DNA from: Anaeramoeba ignava BMAN
Lineage: Eukaryota > Protista > Anaeramoebae
Reading direction: 5' to 3'
NCBI GenBank assembly: GCA_028826165.1
Contig: JAPDFW010000111.1
Location: forward strand, 122,595-186,594
DNA length: 64,000 nucleotides
Shown here: positions 28,901 to 40,500 of the stretch, one piece after another
Position numbering within the stretch: position 1 is the first letter of the stretch
Layout of the letters: each line of letters starts with the position of its first letter
Notes under the pieces: generated by a model
What the model was told of the DNA's origin: nothing
What the model saw: only the letters and a program-made list of their open reading frames with translations
Databases searched by the model: none
Made by a program: the position numbers and the translations under genes

Positions 28901-29295
28901 TTTAATCCAAATATTTAATCCAAATATTTAATCCAAATATTTAATTTATATTTAATTCAAATATTTAATTTAAATATTTAATCCAAATATTTAATCCAAA
29001 TATTTAATCCAAATATTTAATTTATATTTAATCCAAATATTTAATTTATATTTAATCCAAATATTTAATCCAAATATTTAATTTATATTTAATCCAAATA
29101 TTTAATTTATATTTAATTTATATTTAATTCAAATATTTAATTTTATATTAAAATATTTTTATGTAATTAGTGAATTGTGATGGAATTCAAGAGCTAAATG
29201 GAATGGGTGTTATATGGAAAGCAATTGAAAGCTTTCCAGATCATCAAGAAATTCAATGGAATGCTAAAATGATAATTCAAAGATTATTAAATTAA
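22960..29295 (+). CDS. BTB-BACK / coiled-coil / acidic repeat / armadillo-repeat protein (about 11 ARM-like repeats), 12 exons
   Basis: True ATG at 22960 after TCATTTT motifs. BTB: PDFKLFC..CHEFVLRLRAPF..FIYTG. There are ILIEKPKEEEK repeats and one frameshift near 23975. Exons 24423-24560, 24654-24806, 25151-25282, 25355-25474, 25563-25700, 25781-25909, 27408-27536, 27601-27729, 27812-27940, 28025-28153 and 29171-29295 each encode about one N...I....GI..II.AM..F......IQ..GCWAL.NL repeat. Confidence 0.88.
25930..27375. repeat. Intronic (AAATC/AAATT)n pentamer repeat
   Basis: Fills the 1.5-kb intron 25910-27407. Confidence 0.9.
28165..29150. repeat. Intronic ~13-bp repeat (ATTTAATCCAAAT)n
   Basis: Fills the intron 28154-29170. 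Confidence 0.9.
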
Positions 29296-29580
29296 TTTTC
29301 TCAAACAAAAAAAATCATTTTTAAGAGAAAAATAAATTGAGAAAGACAAACATTTTCTTTCTTTTTTCGTTTTATTTTTAATATTTGTTTAAGAATTCCT
29401 TAATCAAATAATTTTTAATTTTGTTTTTTTTTCTATAAAAAAAATTAAAAAAAATTTTTTGAAAATTTCATTTTCCATTTTTTTCCTTTAATTTGACATT
29501 TTCTATTTATTTCTTAAAATAATTTAAAAAGTTTAAAATCATTTAAGACAATTTAAAAATTAATTCAAAATTAATTTCAA

Positions 29581-30039
29581 ATGAATTCTTCAATTTCATC
29601 AGAAGTAAAAAAAATAAAAACAAGAAATTTTTTTTTTTAAAGTAAAAAATTTCCAAAAACAAATTATTCAAATTTAGAAAAAATAAATTCAAAAAATTAG
29701 GCAAGAAAATTACTTAAAAATATTCTTCAAGATATCAAATTGTTATTAAATGCAACTCAAAGCACTGTTGATCCAGAAAATGAAAATTATCAAAAAGAAT
29801 TAATTGAATTAATTCAAAAATTAAAACAAAATTTTGATTCTCATTATGAATTATTGAAAAATAAAATAGAATTATTAAATCAAACTGAAGAAAAAAAAGA
29901 AGAAGATTTTGAAGAGAAACAAATTTTAATTGAAAAGAGATTAAAACTTCGATCAAAAGCGCAAAAAAAGAATGAAATTATAAAAGAAATTACAGAAGAA
30001 TTTAGAAATCTTCAAACAACTTTAAACTTTTTAAATTAA
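29581..30039 (+). CDS. Small helical protein, Mediator subunit Med30-like, 2 exons
   Basis: MNSSISSE|ARKLLKNILQDIKLLL (intron 29605-29700). The C-terminus EKRLKLRSKAQKKNEIIKEITEEFRNLQTTLNFL resembles the Med30 C-terminal helix pattern (KN..LK.I.DQLR.L..DI), recalled from memory. Confidence 0.55.
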
Positions 30040-30178
30040 AATTAAAATTATTATTATTTTTTAATTAATTAATAAATAAATAAATAAAACACGAAAGAAA
30101 AAAAAAATTTTTTTTTAGATTATATTTTTTTTTCATTTTTTGGATTTTCATTTTTTTCTTTTCAATAAAAAAAAAATA

Positions 30179-30830
30179 ATGTTGTCAGCAATTAATCAAA
30201 ATTTAAAATCAAAAACACAAAAACAAACAATTAATTCAATTTTAAGATTTATTGCATCAAAATTTCAAAGTAAAAAAATAAAAAAAAAAAATTGAATAAA
30301 CAAAAAAAATTTAAATAAAAAAATAAATAAAAAAATTATTTAAATAAAAAAATCTTTTTTTTCAAATCAACATTCCTAATTTTTAATTAAATAAAATCAA
30401 TCAAAATAAAATAGTCTCAATTGAAGGAGCAAAAGAGTTTAAAGAAAAAGTTACAGATTCAGATAAACCAGTGATAGTTGATTTTTATGCAGATTGGTAA
30501 ATAAAAAAAAAATAAGAATTTAAACTTTGAAAAAAAAATAGAAAGAATTTCTAATTGAGAAAAAAAATTTACAAAATAAAAAGGTGTGGACCTTGCAGAA
30601 TGATTGCAAAACCATTAGATAAGTTTGTTGATTCTCATGAAGGAAAAGTTATTTTGGCAAAGGTGAATGTGGATCGTAATGACGAACTTGCTTTTCAATA
30701 TGAAGTTAGTGGAATACCTACTGTATATGGTTTTTATAAGGGAAAGGTTGTTGACAGATTTGTTGGTCTTCCTGAAGAGGATTTCTTGAAAAAATTTGTT
30801 GAGAAAATGGTTAAAACTGGTGAAAAATAA
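30179..30830 (+). CDS. Thioredoxin with N-terminal organellar (mitochondrion-related organelle) presequence, Trx2-like, 3 exons
   Basis: MLSAINQNLKSKTQKQTINSILRFIASKFQ|ISIEGAKEFKEKVTDSDKPVIVDFYADW|CGPCRMI...; the WCGPC active site is split by an intron. Confidence 0.92.
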
Positions 30831-30899
30831 ATTTTCTTTTTCTTTTTTCTTCAAAAATTTTTTTCTTTTTTCTTTTTCTTTTTCTTTTTCTTTTTAGTA

Positions 30900-32165
30900 G
30901 AAAATTAAGAAAAATTAATAATAAGAAAAAAAAAAGTGGAATGGGATATTTTCTACTCAACCAATTAAGAAAAGAATAAATCAAAATAAATCAAAAATCA
31001 ATAATAATTTTATTTTAAATTTTAAAATTAAATTAAATTAAATCAAATTTAAATTAAATTAAATTAAATCAAATTAAATTAAATTAATAAATAAAAAAAG
31101 TGGAATGGATTATTTTCTATTTAATTAATTAAGAAAAGAATAAATCAAAATAAATTAAAAATCAACAATAATTTTATTTTAAATTTTAAAATTAAATTAA
31201 ATTAAATTAAATTAAATTAAATTAAATTAAATTAAATTAAATTAAAATAAATTAAATTAAATTAAATTAAATTAATAAATAAAAAAAGTGGAATGAAATA
31301 TTTTCTATTTAATTAATTAAGAAAAGAATAAATTAAATTAAATTAAAAATCAACAATAATTTTATTTTAAATTTTAAAATTAAATCAAATTAAAATAAAT
31401 TAAATTAAATTAAATTAAATTAAATTAATAAATAAAAAAAGTGGAATGGATTATTTTCTATTTAATTAATTAAGAAAAAGAATAAATCAAAATAAATCAA
31501 AAATCAACAATAATTTTATTTTAAATTTTAAAATTAAATTAAATTAAATTAAATTAAATTAAATTAAATTAAATTAAATTAATAAATAAAAAAAGTGGAA
31601 TGAAATATTTTCTATTTAATTAATTAAGAAAAGAATAAATCAAAATAAATCAAAAATCAGCAATAATTTTATTTTAAATTTTAAAATTAAATTAAATCAA
31701 ATTAAATTAAATTGGAATGGAATAAATCAAAATAAATCAAAATCAAAATAAATTAAATTAAATTAAATTAAATTAAATTAAATTAAATTAAATTAATAAA
31801 TAAAAAGTGGAATGAAATATTTTCTATTTAATTAATTAAGAAAAGAATAAATTAAATTAAATTAAAAATCAAAATAAATTAAATTAAATTAAATTAAATT
31901 AAATTAATAAATAAAAAAAGTGGAATGAAATATTTTCTACTCAACCAATTAAGAAAAGAATAAATTAAAATAAATCAAAAATCAACAATAATTTTATTTT
32001 AAATTTTTTAAATTAAATTAAATTAAAATAAATTAAATTAAATTAAATTAAATTAAATTAATAAATAAAAAGTGGAATGAAATATTTTCTATTTAATTAA
32101 TTGAAAAGAATAAATCAAAAATAAATTAAATTAAATCAACAATATTTTTATTTTAAATTTTTAAA
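30900..32165. repeat. Intergenic tandem array, core unit ~152-154 bp plus a variable (AAATT)n tract, ~8 copies
   Basis: Marker AAAAGTGGAATG at about 30936, 31100, 31288, 31441, 31595, 31807, 31920 and 32072. Confidence 0.9.
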
Positions 32166-32292
32166 AATTAATTTTTAAATTGAAAAATTCTCTTTTTTTA
32201 ATTTCGAATTTTAATTGAAAAAAATTTTTTTTTTTTTTTTTTTTCCAATTTTTTAAATTCATTTTTTTATTTCTTCTCAATAAAAAAAATTT

Positions 32293-33297
32293 ATGAATAA
32301 AATTACTCTTAACGATTTTGATATTAAAAAACTCCAATATCTTGGAGGAGGTGCATTTGGAAAAGTTTATAAAGTAGAAATTGGAGGAGAAAATTATGCA
32401 TTAAAAATATTTGCAAAATTTCATCGATTCAATTTCAATGAAATCAAAACAATGAAATTATTTTCGAAAACAAAAAATATCATTGATTTTATACTTGATT
32501 TAACAAATCAAACAAAACAGGCATATTTAATGGAATTTGCACCATATGGAACATTAGAATCATATCGGAAAAAAAATGAGAACAATTTGACAAAAGAAGA
32601 AAAAATTGAATTAATGAAACAAGTAGTAAATGGAATCAAATCAGTTCATTCAACTTTTAGAATCATTCACGATGTCAAAGAAGAAAATATTTTGGTTTGT
32701 AAAAATAAAATTGCAAAATTATGCGATCTTGGATTGGCATCAGTAGTCTCTCCTTTAGAAAAAAATGCATTTGCAAGTGATATTTATTATTTGGGTTATA
32801 TTTTTAATGAATTCGGATTTTCGGATTTTTATCATAAATGTCAATGTGATGATATTTCTTTAAGACCAAATATCCAAGAAATCGCAAGTTGGTTCGATAA
32901 TATTTTACTTAAAACTGAAAAAAAAAAACCGAAATTGCCAAAAATTATCCAAAAATCCCCTTTATCAATAAAAAGAAAAAATTTTGCTTTTAGATTCCAA
33001 TCTCAAAATTTCCGAAAAAGTTCGGATTTTCCTCAAAATGTTAAATTTTCTTCTTTTTTCTCAGGAAGAAATGTGGATCCAAATTTTAGATCTCGAAATA
33101 ATCAGAAAAATTCTCATTTTGAAAAAATAAATAAAACTTCAGTTTTCAAAGATAAAAAACAATTTAGAAAAATTGGAAAAACTTTATCTTCTTCTCCAAA
33201 TTCTCGAAAAATTCGTAAAAAAATGAATGAAAGAAGAAATACTTTACTTACTTTATCAAATGATTTAAATCTTCCAAAATTAAAAAAAATTGAATAA
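32293..33297 (+). CDS. Intronless minimal/atypical protein kinase with basic disordered tail
   Basis: LGGGAFGKVY, YALK, LMEFAPYGTL, IIHDVKEENIL, CDLGLA, SDIYYLG and LRP are present; there is no APE motif and the C-lobe is shortened. Confidence 0.85.
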   Translation: MNKITLNDFDIKKLQYLGGGAFGKVYKVEIGGENYALKIFAKFHRFNFNEIKTMKLFSKTKNIIDFILDLTNQTKQAYLMEFAPYGTLESYRKKNENNLTKEEKIELMKQVVNGIKSVHSTFRIIHDVKEENILVCKNKIAKLCDLGLASVVSPLEKNAFASDIYYLGYIFNEFGFSDFYHKCQCDDISLRPNIQEIASWFDNILLKTEKKKPKLPKIIQKSPLSIKRKNFAFRFQSQNFRKSSDFPQNVKFSSFFSGRNVDPNFRSRNNQKNSHFEKINKTSVFKDKKQFRKIGKTLSSSPNSRKIRKKMNERRNTLLTLSNDLNLPKLKKIE

Positions 33298-33384
33298 AAA
33301 AATTTCAATTTAAAAAATAAAAACTTTTTTCATTTTTTTTCATTTTTTTTCATTTTTCATTTTTTTTAATTTAAAAATTTTAAA

Positions 33385-34884
33385 ATGACAAATTATTTAA
33401 ATTTAGAAAAGCTTTCAAATGATTTAAAAAATTTATTTCAAAATCAAAATCAAAATCAAAATGAAGAAAGTTATTTTGATTTTGAAATAATTTGTGAACA
33501 AAATAAAACAAAAGAAACAAAAGAAATTTCATTTAAAACTCATAAATCAATTCTTTCTTCAAGAAGTCAATATTTTAAATCTCTTTTTAATTCCAAAATG
33601 AAAGAATATCAAGAAAATAAATTAATTCTAAAAGATGTTTCAAGTTCAATTCTATTTTCGATTTTGAATTATTTTTATTCAGGAAAAATTGAAATTAATT
33701 TAGAAAATGCAGTTGAAATTTTAATTTTTTCATCAAAATATTTAATTGATGAATTAATTGAATTTTGTTCAATTTTTATCCAAAGCAATTTCAGATTTGA
33801 AACTATTGTTGATATTCTTAAATTATCTGAATCAATTAACTTAAATGAATTATTAGATTCTTCTTATGAATTTATTTTTGATAATTTTGAAAAATTTATT
33901 AAAACTCCATTTTTTCTTGAACTTGAAGAAAATCATTTAAATTCAATTTTATCAAATGATGATATTTTAACTAGTGAATTTGAACTATTCCAATCAATAA
34001 TAAAATGGGGAAAACATAAATCAAATATCAATCAAGAAAAAGAATTGAATAAAGAAGAAAAAGAAAAATTACAAAATCAAATTTCAAATGTTATTGATAA
34101 AATCAGATTTATTAACTTTACCAAACAAGAAATTGAATATGTTTTCAAAGAAGATTTAGTTCCAAATCAAATTTTTCAAAAATTAATCCAATTTCTAATT
34201 CTCCAAGATCAAGAAAATGAAAATGAGATCAACCAATTTATTGAAAAAGAAAAAGAAAATGACAATTCATTCAATTTTAAATCAAGATTTAAATTTGATT
34301 CCGAAATTATTGAAGAGGTAGAACATATTAACAAATTAAAAGAATGGATAAATGATGAACATTTCTTTTCGCAAATGAAAAGAGGATTTTCAGCAAAAAG
34401 AGATGGATTTAGTTGTAAAAAGTGGCATAAGAAATGTGATAATAAAGGGAAAACATTAATTATTATCAAAACAAAAGATAATTTTATTTTTGGAGGATTT
34501 ACTGAAGTTGGATTTACAACTGATCAATCAAAATGGGATATCAAAGAATTCTATGGAGATGATGAAGATAGTAGTTTTATTCCTGATGCAAATGCATTTA
34601 TTTTTTCATTAAGAAATGATAAAAATGACAGAAACCCTGAGAAATTTTCAATTAAAAAAGATCAAGAAGGAATTGCTATTTTTTATGATTATTCTTTTTC
34701 TGGTCCATATTTTGGAGGTGGAGATTTGAGTTTAAATCAGAATTTAACATCTGGTTACACAGATTTTGGTTGCAGTTACAATCTTCCTAAAGGGATTGAT
34801 TTTAACACAAATGAATCTAAGAGTTATTTAGCTGGAACTCATGATAATTGGGTTGTTGATGAACTTGAAACTTTTTTCATTTAA
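33385..34884 (+). CDS. BTB/POZ-BACK-TLDc protein, intronless
   Basis: THKSILSSRSQYFKSLF...YFYSGKI, a BACK domain, then WHKKCDNKGKTLIIIKTKDNFIFGGFT...GPYFGGGD...WVVDELETF. Confidence 0.93.
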   Translation: MTNYLNLEKLSNDLKNLFQNQNQNQNEESYFDFEIICEQNKTKETKEISFKTHKSILSSRSQYFKSLFNSKMKEYQENKLILKDVSSSILFSILNYFYSGKIEINLENAVEILIFSSKYLIDELIEFCSIFIQSNFRFETIVDILKLSESINLNELLDSSYEFIFDNFEKFIKTPFFLELEENHLNSILSNDDILTSEFELFQSIIKWGKHKSNINQEKELNKEEKEKLQNQISNVIDKIRFINFTKQEIEYVFKEDLVPNQIFQKLIQFLILQDQENENEINQFIEKEKENDNSFNFKSRFKFDSEIIEEVEHINKLKEWINDEHFFSQMKRGFSAKRDGFSCKKWHKKCDNKGKTLIIIKTKDNFIFGGFTEVGFTTDQSKWDIKEFYGDDEDSSFIPDANAFIFSLRNDKNDRNPEKFSIKKDQEGIAIFYDYSFSGPYFGGGDLSLNQNLTSGYTDFGCSYNLPKGIDFNTNESKSYLAGTHDNWVVDELETFFI

Positions 34885-34889
34885 AAAAA

Positions 34890-36540
34890 AATTAAAACAA
34901 AAATAATAAAGAAATATCAATCTCCAAATCAATATTAAATTAAATAATTTAAATATTTTGTTTATTTTCAAATTAAATTTAAAAAATATTGAAATTAATT
35001 AAATTAAAATTATTAAAAAATTAATTAAAAAAATTATTAAAAAATTAAAATTAATTTATAAAGAAATATTAATTTTGAAATCAATAATAAATTAAATAAT
35101 TTAAATAATTTGTTTATTTTCAAATTAAATTTAAAAAATATTGAAATTAATTAAATTAAAATTATTAAAAAATTAATTAAAAATATTATTAAAAAAATGA
35201 AAATTAATTTATAAAAGAAATATTAATTTCAAAATCAATAATAAATTAAATAATTTAAATAATTTTGTTTATTTTCAAATTAAATTTAAAAATATTGAAA
35301 TTAATTAAATTAAAATTATTAAAAATTAATTAAAAATATTAAAAATTAAAATTAATTTATAAAGAAATATTAATTTTGAAATCAATTTCAAAATTAAATA
35401 ATTTAAATAATTTGTTTATTTTCAAATTAAATTTAAAAATATTGAAATTAATTAAATTAAAATTATTAAAAATTAATTAAAAAATTATTAAAAAATTAAA
35501 ATTAATTTATAAAAGAAATATTAATTTTGAAATCAATAATAAATTAAATAATTTAAATAATTTGTTTATTTTCAAATTAAATTTAAAAATATTGAAATTA
35601 ATTAAATTAAAATTATTAAAAATTAATTAAAAAAATTATTAAAAAATTAAAACAAAAATAATAAAGAAATATCAATCTCCAAATCAATATTAAATTAAAT
35701 AATTTAAATAATTTGTTTATTTTCAAATTAAATTTAAAAAATATTGAAATTAATTAAATTAAAATTATTAAAAATTAATTAAAAAATTATTAAAAAAATT
35801 GAAAACAATTTATAAAGAAATATTAATTTCCAAATCAATAATAAATTAAATAATTTAAATATTTTGTTCATTTTCAAATTAAATTTAAAAATATTGAAAT
35901 TAATTAAATTAAAATTATTAAAAATTAATTAAAAATATTATTAAAAATTAAAAACAATTTATAAAGAAATATTAATTTCAAAATCAATAATAAATTAGAT
36001 AATTTAAATAATTTGTTTATTTTCAAATTAAATTTAAAAATATTGAAATTAATTAAATTAAAATTATTAAAAAATTAATTAAAAAAATTATTAAAAATTA
36101 AAAACAATTTATAAAGAAATATTAATTTCCAAATCAATAATAAATTAAATAATTTAAATAATTTGTTTATTTTCAAAATAAATTTAAAAAAATATTTAAA
36201 TTAATTAAATTAAAATTATTAAAAATTAATTAAAAATTAATTAAAAAATTATTAAAAAATTAAAATTAATTTATAAAGAAATATTAATTTCCAAATCAAT
36301 ATTAAATTAAATAATTTAAATAATTTGTTTATTTTCAAATTAAATTTAAAAAATATTGAAATTAATTAAATTAAAATTATTAAAAAAATTAATTAAAAAA
36401 TTATTAAAAAATTAAAATTAATTTATAAAGAAATATTAATTTCCAAATCAATAATAAATTAGATAATTTAAATATTTTGTTTATTTTCAAAATAAATTTA
36501 AAAAATATTGAAATTAATTAAATTAAAATTATTAAAAATA
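34890..36540. repeat. Intergenic tandem array, ~150-bp unit, 11 copies
   Basis: Marker TTTGTTTATTTTCAAA recurs at spacings of about 152, 155, 147, 150, 151, 151, 149, 150, 162 and 152 bp. Confidence 0.92.
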
Positions 36541-36599
36541 TTTTTTTCAATTTTTTTAAAATTCATTTTTTTCTTTTCAAAAAAAAAAATAAAATAAAA

Positions 36600-38143
36600 A
36601 TGTTAAATCCTGAAGCAAATAAAGTAAATATACTCTATGAATGTAATTGTGGAGAGAAAGTAGGGGTAGAAGATACTTATTATTGCAAATCATGTGGGAA
36701 ATTCTATTGTAATAATTGCACATTTGAAGAAATAATTCAATATTATTGTCCAGTTAGTTTTGACACATTTGGATTATCAGAAATAAATCAAATACAAGGA
36801 AAATCACAAAAGCATTTTGAATGTCCAAGATGTTCTAGCCAACTTTCGCCAATGGTTGAAAACCAAAATGAAACTATATCAAGTTATTCTTTAAAATGCA
36901 ATTATTGCAATTGGACAACTAAAGAAATTGGAATTGAAACTGAAAATATTAAGTCATTAATCAATATAATTATTCAGAATGAAAAGGAGCAAAAAATTAC
37001 AGTTGAAAATCAAAAGCAAATGAAACAGTTGATTAATTATTACAACAAAAAAATTAATCCAACAAAAAATCTATTTAAATATTCATCTCCAAGAAATTCA
37101 CCTTTAAATTCACCTTTAAAAATGGTTTCTTCTCCTTATAAACCAAGTTATTTATATCAACCTATTTCAAATCAATCTTTATCAACTCAATTTTCTTCTG
37201 TTTTGTCAAATAATCCTAAAGAAAGAGTTACTGTTTCTGAATTGGAAAATGAATTGGAAAAAAGAGAAAAAGAAGTTATTATTAGAAGTAAAAATGTTGA
37301 TAAAGATTCAATTATTGATGATGAAATTGAAAAAAAGGAATTATTTGGAAATATTGATTTAAATGAATGTAAATTTGAATTTCAATTTGAATTTGAATTT
37401 AATTTTTATAAATGAATTTTAATTTTAATTTTTAATTTATAGCAATTAATTTAGAACGAAAATTACAAGAAATTCCAAATCAACCAAAAAATGAGAAGTA
37501 AATTTGATTCAATTTAAAAAATTTATTTTATTTTATTCAAAAATTTATTTTATTTTATTCAAAAATTTATCTGAAAATTTATTTTAAAAAATTAAGGGAT
37601 TTATTTCCAAAAAGAATTAAACTCAAATCAAAGAAAGGAAGACTTTGTCTATCTTGTGGACATCCTCTTATTAAACCTGATCTTCAACAAAATGTTCGAT
37701 TTAAAATCCAAAATTTTGGATTATTAGAATTACCTAAAATTACTTTATTAAATTATCCCATTTTCAAAACAAAAGAAAAAACTGAAGTTTTTATTGTTTT
37801 CACAAATTTATCTTCAACTCCAATCCAAATCAACAGTTTAAAATTCTCTCTTGAATCTTCATTATTAGAAAATCAAAATTCTCCAACTAATTTTATTGTT
37901 CAAAAATTTCAAGAATCTTTTTTCCAAAGTGGAAGTCCATCTAAACAAACAATAATCGAAGATTTGAAATCATCAAATATTGCAATTTATAACAATAAAG
38001 TTTATATTAAAGAATTTATTACTCTTCAAGAAGAAATCAAAGAAAAATTCTTAAATTTAAGATTGGAATTTAATATTGAATTAGAAGAAGGAGAAAACAA
38101 GAAAGAAATTAAACTTAAAGCAATAATTCATATTCAAAAATAA
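36600..38143 (+). CDS. DCTN4: Dynactin subunit p62, 3 exons
   Basis: LYECNC...YYCKSCGKFYCNNC..EEI..YYCP...FECPRC...LKCNYCNWTTKEIGI; exon 3 has DLFPKRIKLKSKKGRLCLSCGHPLIKPD. Stop at 38141-38143. Confidence 0.88.
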
Positions 38144-38260
38144 TTTTCTTTTTCAAATCCAAAAAAATCCTTTTTTAACCAAATTAAAAAATTCGTTTTT
38201 AAATTTTTGCTTTTTTATTATTATTATTGTTATTAAAAAAAAAACTTTGAAACAAATTAT

Positions 38261-39757
38261 TCAAATCATAAAACATTCAAGTTCATCAGCTTTCCATTTA
38301 TGATAAGAACCAGCTAAATAATTCTTAGCCTGATTTGTATTAACTTGAATTCCATTAGGAAGAGTATATCTACAACCAAAATTTGTGTAACCTTGAAGAT
38401 TTTCATATAACCAAATATCATCATGAAGACGACTTGTAGAATATCCAAAAATTGGACCATAATCTAAATGATACATAATTGCATTATCTTCTTCACCTTT
38501 TCTAATTGGAAATTTTTGAGGAGGATCATTTCTTGGATTTTTGATACTGAATAGAAATGCATCTTCATCTTTAATACATCCTTTTTTGAAAGAATATTGA
38601 ATACTCCATTTTGTTTCATCACTTAAAAATCCAACTGAAGTAAATCCTCCAAAAATATAATTTTCTTTCGTTTTGATAATAATTAATGTTTTTCCTTTAT
38701 TATCACATTTTTCATGCCAAGTTTTGTAAGAGAATCCTTCTTTTTTTGCTGAAAATCTTCTTTTCATTTGGAAAAAGAATTCATCATCATTTATCCATTC
38801 TTTTAACTTCTTGAAATATTCTTTTTCTTCAATAATTGATGATTTAAATTTCATTCTTCTTTTGAAAATTAATGAGTTTTCTTTGTGAATAAATTCTTTT
38901 AATTCTTTTTGATTTCGATTTTGAAGTTTTTGGAATTCAATTAATTTTTCTGAAATTTGATTTGGAATTAAATCTTGTTTCAAAATATCTTCAATTTCTT
39001 CTTTTGAGAAATCAATAAATCTGATTTTATCAATAATATTTGAAATTTGGTTTTTGATTTTTTCTTTTTCTTCTTTTTCAAGTTTTTCATTTTCTTTGAC
39101 TTGATTAATATTTGATTTATGTTTTCCCCATTTTATTATTGATTGGAACATTTCAAATTCTTTTATTAAAATACTACCACTTGATAAAACTGAATTTAAA
39201 TGATTTTCTTCAAGATCAAGAAAAAATGGAGTTTTAATAAATTTATCAAAATTTTCAAAAATAAATTTATAACAAAAATTGGATAAATGATTTAAATGCA
39301 TTGATTCAGATAATTTAAGAACATCAACAACAGTTTCAATTTGAGTATTATTTTTGATAAATTTTAAACAATTTTCAATTAATTCATCAATTAAATATTT
39401 TGATGAAAAAAACAAAATTTCAACTGCATTTTCTAAATTAATTTCAATTTTTCCTGAATAAAAATAATTCAAAATCGAAAATAGAATTGAACTTGAAACA
39501 TCTTTTAGAATTAATTTATTTTCTTGATATTCTTTCATTTTTGAATTAAAAAGAGATTTAAAATAATGACTTCTTGAAGAAAGAATTGATTTATGAGTTT
39601 TAAATGAAATTTCTTTTGTTTCTTTTGTTTTATTTTGTTCACAAATTATTTCAAAATCAAAATAACTTTCTTCATTTTCATTTTCATTTTGATTTTGATT
39701 TTGAAATAAGTTTTTTAAATCATTTGAAAGTTTTTCTAAATTTAAATAAGTTTCCAT
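38261..39757 (-). CDS. BTB/POZ-BACK-TLDc protein, intronless; close paralog of 33385-34884
   Basis: The BTB is near-identical to that of the 33385 gene; TLDc reads WHEKCDNKGKTLIIIKTKENYIFGGFT...GPIFG...WKADELECF. Confidence 0.93.
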   Translation of the reverse strand: METYLNLEKLSNDLKNLFQNQNQNENENEESYFDFEIICEQNKTKETKEISFKTHKSILSSRSHYFKSLFNSKMKEYQENKLILKDVSSSILFSILNYFYSGKIEINLENAVEILFFSSKYLIDELIENCLKFIKNNTQIETVVDVLKLSESMHLNHLSNFCYKFIFENFDKFIKTPFFLDLEENHLNSVLSSGSILIKEFEMFQSIIKWGKHKSNINQVKENEKLEKEEKEKIKNQISNIIDKIRFIDFSKEEIEDILKQDLIPNQISEKLIEFQKLQNRNQKELKEFIHKENSLIFKRRMKFKSSIIEEKEYFKKLKEWINDDEFFFQMKRRFSAKKEGFSYKTWHEKCDNKGKTLIIIKTKENYIFGGFTSVGFLSDETKWSIQYSFKKGCIKDEDAFLFSIKNPRNDPPQKFPIRKGEEDNAIMYHLDYGPIFGYSTSRLHDDIWLYENLQGYTNFGCRYTLPNGIQVNTNQAKNYLAGSYHKWKADELECFMI

Positions 39758-39799
39758 TTTAAATAAAAAAATGAAAAGAAAAAAATGAAAAAAATGGGA

Positions 39800-40500
39800 A
39801 ATGGAATCAAGAATATTAAATAATCAAATTTGAAATTAATTCTATTTTATATATTTTATCAATATTTCTTTATTTAAAATGATATAAATTTATTCCCAAT
39901 AATTAAATAAATTTAATAAAATATTTTAATTAATTTATTTCAAAAATGGAATAAAGAATATTAAATAATCCAATTTGAAATTAATTTTATTTTATATATT
40001 TTATCAATATTTCTTTATTTAAAATGATATAAATTTATTCCCAATAATTTAATAAAATTAATAAAATATTTTAATTAAATTTATTTTAAAATAAAATCAA
40101 GAATATTAAATAATTCAATTTGATGTTAATTCTATTTTATATATTTTATCAATATTTCTTTAATTTAAAATTAATATAAAATTATTCCCAATAATTAAAT
40201 AAAATTAATAAAATATTTTAATTAATTTATTTCAAAAATAAAATAAAGAATATTAAATAATCCAATTTAAAATTAATTTTATTTTATATATTTTATCAAT
40301 ATTTCTTTTATTTAAAATAATATAAAATAATTCCCAATAATTTAAATAAAATTAATAAAATATTTTAATTAATTTATTTCAAAATGAAATCAAAGAATAA
40401 TAAATAATCTAATTTAAAATTGATTTTTTATATATTTTATCAATATTTCTTTATTTAAAATAATATAAAATTTATTCTCAATAATTTAAATAAAATTGAA
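39800..40500. repeat. Intergenic tandem array, ~144-147-bp unit, 5 copies
   Basis: Marker ATTCCCAATAA at about 39895, 40040, 40187, 40333 and 40477. Confidence 0.9.
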
